A stretch of DNA of 64,000 nucleotides from Laetmonice hystrix (taxonomy: Eukaryota), in the NCBI GenBank assembly GCA_965235115.1, contig OZ249436.1, positions 39,372,001-39,436,000 of the forward strand. Direction: 5' to 3'. Position numbers and translations under genes: made by a program. Under the pieces are notes generated by a model. The model did not search any database and had not been told where the DNA came from. It worked only from the letters and a program-made list of their open reading frames with translations. This document shows, piece by piece, positions 23,901 to 33,100 of this stretch (within the stretch, counting starts at the first letter, position 1; every line of letters starts with the position of its first letter).

Positions 23901-25378
23901 GACGTTGCCAGTTGGACTTGGAGCATGTCGGATTGTCGCTTTGGGCTTGGCAGTCATGCCTCCATGGCCACTCTGGCTTGAGTCAAGAGTGGAGTTGAGC
24001 AAGATTGAATCCCTGAGTCGGCCAATATAAAATAGGCCTATTAAATTGCCAATGAAGATGAAACCTTAGTCAATTTTAATAGCCTACAATGACCTGTCTC
24101 GCGGGAAGCCAAGATTAATGCACCACGTGACCAAGTCTTACGATTGTGATTGGACCAAATTAGCATATGCGCGGACGCCGGAGGAAACATGTAAACATGA
24201 ACTTGCTCGGCGGGTTGTCTATGCTTTGCATTTGCCTAGCATAATTAGCTATATTAAAGCGAGAGTCTCGTCCTTCAGCATTGTGCGATAGGCTGGCCAT
24301 CCTAACGAGTAGGCCTAACGGTTGATGTGCTATTTATTGGACGTCAGTTCCTATGACGTCTAAGTACCGTTCGGCCTTGGCTTGGCCTTGGGCGTTTGGG
24401 CTGGCTAGCGGCCAGTCTAACCACAAGCAGTCTAACGTTAGAGCGTTTTTTTAAAAAAATAGTGTAGACCTGTGTAGTCACAGAGATATTAGCATTATGT
24501 AAGGGAAACATGTTTTACCCAACTTGCTGGGACACCCCCCCCCCCTCACCCTGCATAGCTACGCCTACGCTACGGCCACGGGCCTGCGGTAGCCTATAGG
24601 CCTATTGGTTACCGTACCATTGCATTGGACGCGTGTGCGGGCGGGGCATAACTACCATAAGGATAAGCCCAAGGCTGGGCCTGCCCGACGACTCGATGTG
24701 AGCAGATGCTCGCCAGAGGTTCGTACATATATGGCTGAACCGTAAATTCCATTATAAGAATCAAATGAGTCGGACTCCATACTTCAAATCGAGCTGTGCA
24801 CTTAGAGAAGTTCCACGTCTTATGACCAAAACAATGGCAGCACGCGTGACCGCGGACTGTGCCTATCACTCTATGAGTATGACACAGATTACGTCACGCT
24901 GGCCCTCTAGCGGCAGACAGGGGAGTTGCCGCCTTCACTGTCTTTCTTCGGCATATTTCGAGAGCAACAATTTTAACACAAACTGTGAAAAAAGGAAGCA
25001 GAGATTTGGAGTTGTCTTTATTATTTTCGTTGTTAGTGGCTATCAATAAAGGCTCAAATCATATTCCGAATATAAAGTGGAGAGGGCTTTGCTCATCACC
25101 TTTAAGAATTAGCATGAACAAAAATGAGTGTCATGATTGAACTGAGTAGAGCTAATGCATGTTATTTCTGTTTTCCAATCTCGCATCGCATGTTTCCTAT
25201 TAAACTATCATATGTTCTTACTATTACACAGAACCCGCCTGTGGTTACCATACAAGGGTGCCCTCTTTTGAACCAGTCAAAAGGCGAAGGCCAGGCCATG
25301 GACATGGAGGCATACGGGAAGTTGGTCAGTCGTATGCTCGTTGCGCACACTGTGGCTCACAACGTCACCAAGAAGTAA
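2460..25378 (+). CDS. Giant multidomain GRL101-like LDLa-LRR GPCR, copy A (35 coding exons, about 2481 aa)
   Basis: Hand-spliced GT-AG exons with consistent phases: 2460-2538, 2754-2909, 4511-4807, 5356-5537, 9410-9575, 9898-10155, 10944-11048, 11140-11238, 11382-11627, 11817-11977, 12313-12462, 12596-12743, 12836-13003, 13127-13360, 13598-13903, 14037-14212, 14368-14614, 14797-15231, 15440-15637, 15925-15994, 16213-16358, 16708-16863, 17075-17188, 17622-17738, 17869-18081, 18373-18541, 18745-18912, 19551-19708, 19939-20073, 20308-20424, 20562-22109, 22455-22579, 22733-22790, 23000-23193, 25232-25378 (total 7446 nt, ends TAA). Every exon has an equal or near-equal length homolog in copy B. 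Confidence 0.88.
3029..4479. mobile_element. PIF/Harbinger-like non-autonomous element with nested insertions
   Basis: TIR TGCCCGGTGCACACTACACGA / TCGTGTACTGTGCACCAGGCA flanked by a TTA duplication. Internal CACACTACACGA repeats and a nested GC-rich element (about 3376-4117). Confidence 0.75.
4511..9575 (+). CDS. Copy A exons 3-5: ApeC (apextrin C-terminal)-like domain
   Basis: Motifs W-x-[32 protein letters not shown]-x-DG, PFTL, CQAV, MRFCFY match the ApeC pattern. Copy B equivalent at 52694-53934. Confidence 0.8.
5696..6984. mobile_element. Possible TTAA-flanked element hosting the GC-rich palindrome
   Basis: TTAA|AGC...GCT|TTAA. The TIR is very short, so the call is weak. Confidence 0.4.
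6123..6689. repeat. GC-rich palindromic MITE dimer with internal TTAGGG-like runs
   Basis: TIR TATGAAGACCATAAGGTGACAT / ATGTCACCTTATGGTCTTCATA. Two mirror-image units of CCACTCGCCCCGCTACTCG arrays. Confidence 0.8.
8002..8528. mobile_element. Kolobok-like MITE, copy 2 (inverted relative to 1034-1564)
   Basis: Flanked by TTAA at 7998 and 8529. Reverse complement of copy 1 over its length. Confidence 0.85.
8636..8846. mobile_element. Small hairpin MITE
   Basis: About 45-bp TIR AGTGCTGAACCCACCAAGGCGATTCCCCTTGCG / CGCAAGGGGAATCGCCTTGGTGGGTTCAGCACT. Confidence 0.8.
9898..10155 (+). CDS. Copy A exon 6: kringle-like domain
   Basis: [36 protein letters not shown] gives the six-Cys kringle pattern. 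Copy B 52337-52591. Confidence 0.8.
10645..10878. repeat. Intronic minisatellite, unit about 26-28 bp
   Basis: About 8 degenerate copies of CACTGTGGTATGAGATTGTTCTTA. Confidence 0.8.
10944..13903 (+). CDS. Copy A exons 7-15: F-type-lectin fold, F5/8 type C discoidin, second F-type-lectin fold, SUEL-like module
   Basis: [31 protein letters not shown] (F-type fold); [36 protein letters not shown] (F5/8C); [19 protein letters not shown] (F-type fold); [22 protein letters not shown] (SUEL-like, the weakest call). Confidence 0.72.
14037..16358 (+). CDS. Copy A exons 16-21: two CUB domains and a C-type lectin domain
   Basis: [57 protein letters not shown] (CUB); [14 protein letters not shown]...[32 protein letters not shown] (CTLD). 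Confidence 0.9.
16708..20424 (+). CDS. Copy A exons 22-30: four LDLa repeats, Caspr/neurexin-IV-type fibrinogen-like domain, further LDLa repeats
   Basis: Repeated C-x-C..CD...DC..GSDE..C exons in phase 1. [43 protein letters not shown]....C....CYC...DRGYF...LLPIRQL..D-x-G..YTLGPLRC resembles the fibrinogen-like segment of contactin-associated proteins. Confidence 0.78.
17203..17430. repeat. Short palindromic MITE-like insertion with TTAGGG-like core
   Basis: CAGATTACCAGGGGGTAA / TTACCCCCTGGTAATCTG hairpins, with GGTTAGGGTTAAGG inside. Confidence 0.55.
18984..19300. mobile_element. Harbinger-like MITE with CTG target duplication
   Basis: CTG|GGCCCTGTTTCATAACTAA...TTAGTTATGAAACAGGGCC|CTG. 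Confidence 0.8.
20562..22579 (+). CDS. Copy A exons 31-32: LDLa, LRRNT, LRRs, type-C LGR hinge and rhodopsin-type 7TM
   Basis: ORF 20495-22171 has LxxLxLxxN repeats, hinge [24 protein letters not shown]1 GN, TM2 [12 protein letters not shown]3 ITVDR and TM6 TDFCCWVP. The next exon supplies TM7 [12 protein letters not shown]. Confidence 0.95.
22733..25378 (+). CDS. Copy A exons 33-35: cytoplasmic tail with degenerate protein-kinase C-lobe-like segment
   Basis: [59 protein letters not shown]. Copy B equivalent at 30111-30922 with identical sizes for the last two exons (194 and 147 nt). Confidence 0.7.
23211..25101. mobile_element. Kolobok-like element with THAP-domain remnant
   Basis: TTAA|AGGTCAAGTGCAAAG ... 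CTTTGCTCATCACCT|TTAA. Internal [12 protein letters not shown]...LFTFP..AVRKLW (23530-23640) is the N-terminal half of a THAP finger. Confidence 0.7.
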
Positions 25379-26009
25379 ATAGAACAGTTCTCTTGCTTCT
25401 TACACAACCGGATGCCGTTGATGTATAACTGTGTTTCCATGAGGATTTGTTCTCGGATATCTGAACCAGGATTGAAGAGAATTTCAAGACCTACTTCGAA
25501 CGACCGACGACGAACCCTTTAATGCAAATGGTTAACCCCTGTTTACTTATCAATGTACTTTTCCGTTATCAAATAAATGCACGATTTATTCATCTCGCAG
25601 ACAAATACAGCGTGTTTCCTTCTTTCTTGTGATAGTGAAATTAAATTATCTCGTATTTAAGGATATTATTTTCGCGTAATCTGGTTTTTAAGACCATATG
25701 CAAGGCCCTTGCCTTTCTGCCAGAAATAACTGTGTCAATAAAAGGTCGAAGTCGCCGCCACGCCAATTAAACGGTTACCAAAGATTCAGGATTTTGGGAA
25801 GGAACCCCGGAAAATAGGGGCAACGTGAGTGACCAAATGGGGGCATATCCAACCCCGCCCTTTTGGCTATTAAAACCACAAAACAACCATTTCCACCACC
25901 GTCCTAAAAAGAAGGCCTCGATCTGTGGTGTAGCACGGCAATGGACCTCGCCCCTTTCTTCCAAGATGGAACGCAATCCGTGCTTTCGTAGATTTTAGAA
26001 GTTTTCTTT

Positions 26010-28086
26010 CGGCTCAGTCACAATCAGGGTACCCAGTGGTTTGCAAATTGGTCCAATTTTTTTTCATCAAATAGTTGTAAGTCATACAATGATTTTTGCA
26101 GAAATGTGTCAGGATTCAAATATATAACAAACCCTGTGAAGCATTCTCACTCTGTTTTCGAGATACCAGGTTTCGAATAACATGTGTCCCATGGGGGTAC
26201 GGACAGGACAGGGCTGCCGACAAACCAAATTCAGATCGTCAAATGACCAAGAGGGCTCTTGAAACAGATGTCAAACCGTGTCCAATCTGATCTCAGACCT
26301 ACCAATACCATCTGGGCTTATGTTAAGAACAAATGGCAAGCCGAATTGGATGAACAACCAAACAATAAATTGTATTAGATCAGTCCCGTCGTGAACCAAA
26401 GGTATCATCACGGCCTGACCCAACGTAGGCATGAAATTGTTTTTACTCGATGCAGGATTGGTCATTCTAGATTAATCCCCGTGTTTTTATTGAAGGGGGG
26501 GGGGGGCACCTCCAGAATGTTATGGCTGTCAGTGTCCTTTGACACGAAGCATCTTTTACTTGAGTGTGGTGATTTTACTCTGATCAGACAACGGTTTTAT
26601 AATGAGACAAGTCTTAAGGACCTTTTTAGCAATGTCAGACCAGTATGTGATTTTAGAGTTTTTGCCAGAGGCTGGACTTCTCACTCTTTTATAGTTCAGG
26701 CTCGTCGATAGCCCTGTTGGGCTGACAGGATTGAGTTTGTTTCAATTCCTGTTGGGGCCCGGGATAAAATGGGTTCCTTTCACTTTATGGTCTTTTAACC
26801 CTGTTTTCGCCATGAAGATGGACCCGAGTGCTGACACGGCGAAAAACCACCACTACTCACTTACTCACTCACTCACTCACTCACTGCAATATATGCAAAC
26901 AAATACTGATTATGTTCACACATCCTTCACTTTATAATAATGTCCTGTCCGTACCCCTTTCATTATTTTCGGGTTGCAGTGCTGCCTATTAAATTAAAGC
27001 AGAAATCAGATAGCTTTTAAATTTCTTATAGTTATACATATAATGTAGCAAGTATTGCAAATTAATGCAGTAATCACAATATTAGCACCAGATTTACTGA
27101 ACTAAAATACATTTTTGAAGCATATAAGTTTAGGTGGTATATTTCCGTCACTATATGTCCCTTGTATTAAAACTTTGAGCGAAATATTGCATGAACTAAA
27201 TGTATTATTGCCTTTACAGTTTATCCGGTTGTAAATAATCAACATATTGTCATATTCACTTGATAAAACTTTATCAAATTAAAGCCTATAGCAAGGGGGT
27301 ACGGACAGGACGACGGGGACGGACAGGACAAAATGCGAGTGGTGTCTTGTTTTTCAGGACCCAACAACTGGTGTGAAACCTCTTATAAATATTGTATTTA
27401 AGGAAGTTCAAAGAAGGGCTACACATGCACAATATGGCGCAAGTAGCTGCTTTTACAGTAGCGAGATGCCCCATGGGGTACGGACAGGACAAAAATTTCC
27501 GGAAATAACAGCATGCAAATGGATTTATACCTATTTTCATATATGATAACACCCAAACTTTTTTCTCCATCCCAGTTCCAAATAAACATTATTAAGTTTA
27601 AACCAGTGGCATTAGTATGCATTTATGTTGGAAATTGCAGATATCAGGTAAGGTTTTGGTCATTGTAATAAAAATATCGCTATTTTGTAACGAACAACAC
27701 ATTATTGAAAACATTCTGGTACTTTCGTCACAGAGGTCAGATTTCAACCAGAATACCTGCATATAAAGAAAAAATGTTAACAAATTTATTATGCATATCT
27801 ACATTAGTGTAATTGTAACATTAAACTGACATTTACTTTATGCAAAACTACGTAATTTCATAAGTGCAAACCCGTAACAACTAAAACCTGTCATTCTTCC
27901 ACCATGTAAAACCACTTTTAGAAACATGAACTTTAACATCGACCAAAAGAAGGTGCATAGATGTGTGTGTGTTAACAAGACACTTCACATAATGAACATA
28001 AACTGTGGCTATTTATTGGTAGAGGTGTGCAAAGGTTGCTGTAACATTACATAGTCCTGAAATGACACCTGATTGTGACTGAGCCG
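26010..28086. mobile_element. Non-autonomous TIR element with nested LINE fragment
   Basis: 19-bp TIR CGGCTCAGTCACAATCAGG / CCTGATTGTGACTGAGCCG. Internal CCCATGGGGTACGGACAGGACA repeats. Confidence 0.75.
26300..26884 (+). mobile_element. 5'-truncated I-group (Nimb-like) LINE 3' end
   Basis: Disrupted WQAELD..NKL..RRHEIVFTRCRIGHSRL..HLLLEC..RQRF, typical of the C-terminus of RNase H-bearing LINE ORF2, followed by a (CACT)n tail. Confidence 0.7.
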
Positions 28087-29589
28087 TTTGGTCCTGTTCC
28101 GCGATAATTAAAGTAAAAAGGTACATTCTCAGTTAAGCGTTGCAAACTAGATCAGAAAATCGAAAAATATAAACGACAAGTTACCTGTGTTATTATTAAA
28201 TTATCTTACTTTATATGCCTTAGGCTTCCTTCATCCAAAAAATTGGCACGCTAGGGTTATATTTAAATTAAATATGACACTGAATCTGGGATACTAATCT
28301 GTTCATTATTGCCACATGTAACCTACGCGACCATCACCTCATGGCATGTAAATTGGTATAATTTAAATCGAATGGTCGAATTAAGTAAGTTCTGCCGCCT
28401 TGAGTGATGTCGTCTCGCGGATAAAAATTGAGTTATCTCCGTCTTCTCGCTTTAGGCCCCTACTGGTCGCGTAGATTACAGGTCACGTAGATTACAATTT
28501 TGGAAAATTTTCATAAATCCCGTAATAATATAGCGTTCCCCGATATCGATGATTTGCTCATTTGTTGATTTGCTACTTGTCTTCTTTCAAAATGCTTAAA
28601 AGAGTAATGTTTCCCCAACATTTTAAAACAAAATCATGGTCGCGTAGATTACATTGCTTAAATAATCGCCTAGAAATGTGGATTTCCATATTGAATAACT
28701 TTGAAAAGGGGCATGAAAAAAGAAAATTTGTTTTTGTATTCATAATTCCAAAATAACATACTACATCTACTATTTTATATATTACAAAGACCACCTTGTA
28801 AAGTAGTGTTCGTGTTAGGCTCTACCAAAACACAGATCGCGTAGATTACGCAGTATCTGGGGACATTTTTTGAGAGGACACAAGAAGAATATTTTTAAGT
28901 AGTGTTGCATATCGGACAAATATTAAGTTACTTCCAGATTGAAGAATCTAAACTGATACTATTTCAGGTAAATTTGATCCTTCCTTTAAGCTTGCCTTCA
29001 GCTGTAAAGTTTGTAAATACGTCTTTGGACATGCCTTTTTGGGGGTAATGGTAATGTTTAGGAAGCCCTCCCAAAAATTCGACTATATTTTCAAGAGATA
29101 ACCATACATCAGACAATTGGATTTTATGTCAGGAAGCCAGACAATTTCATTGTACAGTCGAGGAAATCATTGTGGAAAAGCTAGAAGTCATTGACTAGGT
29201 GGGACATTAAATGCAACACTTAACTGAGAATTGACCAAAAGTGAAAGTGACCAGGAGAATTTGTGGGCGTTTTTCTCATTTTTCTCAAGGTCGTCTGTAA
29301 AGCGTTTGGGAAGATTTATTGTCACAACTTGATCGCCAGTGGGGTGATACACGTGTGGAAACTCGTCGCCTGTAACGTATAGCGGACGGCCGAGCCAACA
29401 AAATGGCTTTACGAATGGAAGGCTCACTCATTTATACAAAAACAGTTTTGCTTCTACAACACCCATAAAGATGTGGATTTATTTCATAAATAAACTGTAC
29501 ATAAGTTAAGAGAAAGGCGAGTCACCAGTCATTCAAAACGCACATGGAAATCCTCTCCTGTTTCGGTTTACATTTCCCAAAACAGCACT

Positions 29590-29800
29590 CATAGGATTTA
29601 AGTGGCGCGAATCAACGACGTCCGGCTGTGCAAGAAACTACAAAATCGCTTGTTTTAGATCATGGTGTAAATCACTGGGTGCAAACGTACTAACGTGGTT
29701 TATGCTTGGCCAACTTTATGAATATCTCAATGTCAACAAGCCAGCCTTCGCCCTTTGACGAGTTCAAAAGCATCTGCCATCGGTGACCTCACATAGAGTT
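29590..29800 (-). pseudogene. Degenerate extra copy of the receptor terminal exon and start of its 3' UTR
   Basis: Minus strand CTTTTGAACTCGTCAAAGGGCGAAGGCTGG..GACATTGAG..AAGTTGG aligns with copy A CTTTTGAACCAGTCAAAAGGCGAAGGCCAGG..GACATGGAG..AAGTTGG. TTCTTGCACAGCCGGACGTCGTTGAT matches the copy A UTR TTCTTACACAACCGGATGCCGTTGAT. Confidence 0.65.
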
Positions 29801-30110
29801 TCCTTAGCCATAAAAGCTGATAGTTTAAAAAAAAACAGAGACTTAGACCAAAGACGACAATGTTATCAGAGGCAATTTACCTGACTGAAAACAAAGCCTT
29901 TTGTCTCGGCAATATCAATAAATCGGTGAAATGGGTGGAAATTCACATAGATGTCCACGTGAAATGATATTGCCGTTGTAAGTTGGAGTCATGCGTTGAA
30001 ATCCTCTTCTGGGTCACATTTCTGGAACCAAGGCCTCATAGGACTACAGCTATGTTCCATCAACGTCTGGTTCTGCAAGAAGGTAAACCGTCTCATCTGC
30101 CTGATGGTGT

Positions 30111-33100
30111 TTACTTCTTGGTGAAGGTGTGAGCCACTGTGTGAGCACGCAGCATTCGACTGACCAACTTCCCATATGCCTCCATGTCCATGCCCTGGCC
30201 TTCGCCGTCTGGCTCGTGCATCATGGGGTAGCCTCGCATGCTGACGACAGAAGGGCTCTGTACGAGACATACAGGAAGAAACAATAATTTTATTCTGCTC
30301 TGCCGATTAAAATACCATTACCAATAAATAACCACGAAATTATTGCAATTTCCTTTTCTTATACATGATCTGATTCGCCCTATTTCTGTTGATGTTAATA
30401 AAGGATTTAGACTGTTAGGTGTAAAAAACCCCAATAGACTACTTTAGATTTGTTGCAGATTTGTGGCTACTACAGGAGTGGATTTCCATTTTGAGACTTT
30501 CTCACCTTTCCCTTCATTAACGAGACTGAATGGGCGGAAAGCTGCCCAAGATACAACCCGTCACTATGCAAATCCTGCAGAAGTGTTGCCATTTCGTGAG
30601 CAATATGTGAAACATTGCTGGTCGTGCATACATCAGGGTTTCGAATCCAGGAGTCCAAAGTGTAAGGATTTTCCTCCCCCTTCTTTGAACTAATCACCAC
30701 TGAAATGCATTATAATGCAACGTGCTTTATAACTTTTATTGCATCTACGTATAATCCCTGCTCACAATTCACTTATTGGGTATATTCACTTACAAAGAAT
30801 AAGAAGCTGGTGGTCCCATGATAATCATATCTTATCCTACATGTTTATATAAACTCACCGGATGTTCTGTCTGTATTCAAAGACATAGTACTTTTGGAGT
30901 CTGAACCTAGATCCTGCTTCTTCTGTAAAACGTAAAAGGAACACCAACACAATCAAAATGATGAATACATACCATAGAAAGAGTTAATTTTGAAGTTTAT
31001 GAGCCGGGTACTTAAGAACGTACCCTGAAATCTATGGATGATATAGTGTAGAGGATCGGATTCAGTGCCGAGTTAAGGGGGAGGATAAAAACAACGGTCC
31101 AGGCATATATCTCGCCAGGAATCTTCAAGCCGCTTAAAGCGAGAGCACCTGCAACAGTATTGAAAGCAACTGAATATTTTCCGTAATATTATAAATCCTG
31201 GACAAGGATTGCTCACAAATATGGAGCCCCGGAGGTGACATGCTGAAAATAATTTATTATTATTAATTTGTGGCCACGAATTACTAAACCGTGGCCACGA
31301 ATTACTAAACCATGGCCACGGATTACTAGTCCGTGGCCACGGATTACTAATCCGTGCGCACAGTTTAGTAATCCGTGCGCACGGTTTAGTAATTCGTGGC
31401 CACGAATTACTAAACCGTGGCCACGGATTAAAAAAAATATTTTCAGCATGTCACCTCCGGGGCTCCATACACAAAGCGTTCGTTTGAATACGTTTACACG
31501 CCGTCAGAACAGATTCTCTACAAGCTCGGTATGATTCTTTTAAAATATCATCACATCCCCGGAGACAACTTTACCATGCGTCAATAATCTCATCGGAGTG
31601 ACTGAGTGAGTAGTTGGTGTTTAACGCTCAGTCAGCAGTATTTTAGCAATATCCGGGTGGGGGATCAAGGTATAACTAACTCAGTCGGTAAAATCATTGA
31701 TGATGAGATGATGGGAAGAAACCGTGCACCGGGACGACCCCCTTCTCTTTTCCATCGGAGCAAGAGTAGAGGGGGGGGGGTCCATAAAAGCAGATAAAGT
31801 GAGCCAGAATAATAAGTGAGTGAACATCAACGTTGATTACAGAACTGTCTTTGAAGGATTAACGTACCCATAATGTTGATTGGGACCCAACAACAGAAAT
31901 CCGTCGCTACGATAAGAGTCATCTTTCTTGCAGCTGCCATCTCACGTTTCTTTTGATTGCTGGCCCCGACGGCACTTGTCGATTTAATGACGTTATACAT
32001 GTAGCCATAAGCAACAAAGATAAAAATGAAAACAACGAAGTTCAGACCGTGAAATACTGCGAACGAGAATTCCCAGCCTGGTGTTTCTTCAGATGTAATG
32101 TAGAGAGAGACACACACGCCTGACCTTGCATAGTAAAGACCTTGAAAGTAGGGCCCGGGAATGAGGGGGACGGCACCGATGAGCAGGGCAGTTATCCAAA
32201 TGGCAGCGATGACGTAGCGTGCCGAACGAGGTGTCAGTTTGTGCTGGGACAGAGGAAACAAAATATTTATCAGACGATCGACTGTGATGGCGAGCAGGGT
32301 AAGAACAGAAGCTTCGCTGGCGACGGACGACAGACATCCCAGGACCTGGCAGAGGGTGCTCGTCTTCCAACTCGACGCGTTCTCAATGTAGACACCCCGA
32401 TAGTAGGAATCAACGGACGCCACTGCCACCATGTAGATTCCCATCAGGAGGTCCGAGGTGGAAAGGTTCCGAATGAGCAGACTTGGCACCCGGTCCCGAT
32501 CTTTGCGTGCACCGCGATAGGCATGGACGAAAATGTTCCCAAAAAGTGCCATCATACCCAGAATCCACAGGAAGCTACGCAGAATGTTATTCTCCATCAG
32601 GTCCTCGCATGAGGAGAGTTCGTCCTGGGGTGGCAGGCAATTGTCATCTTTTATGTTAACAAAACAACAAAACATGAAGTCATCGCCGTGCATGGTCTCC
32701 AACAGATGCAGACCAGTGAAGTCAGACTTCTCGAACGTTTGAAGGTGATTGTTATAAATCTTCAGGTGTTTCAGACTTTGTAGTTCCAGTAGGCCATCGG
32801 GCTCTAGAGTTTCAATTGCGTTTCCCGATATGTCTAAATGCTCTAATTTATCGAGACCTTGGAATGTTCCCATCTTTATCGTATTTAATGTCATTCCGGT
32901 CATGACTAGATTTGGAAGTTTTTTGAGACCTACAAAGGCCCCTGGTTCTATTGACATGATTGGATTGCCATTTAGAAACAGTTTACGAATATTTCCCAAC
33001 CCAAGAAACATCCCTTGGACAAAATCATTTATGTCATTGTCAGACAGGTCTAGAAGTTGAAGATTCCCGAGTGAAGCAAACGCTGCGGGTGGTAGAGAAA

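Noticed and set aside
31213..31534. Repetitive ORFs and a CRISPR-like 21-bp array
   Set aside because: Head-to-tail repeats without unique spacers, inside a TIR element in a eukaryotic intron; no cas genes.
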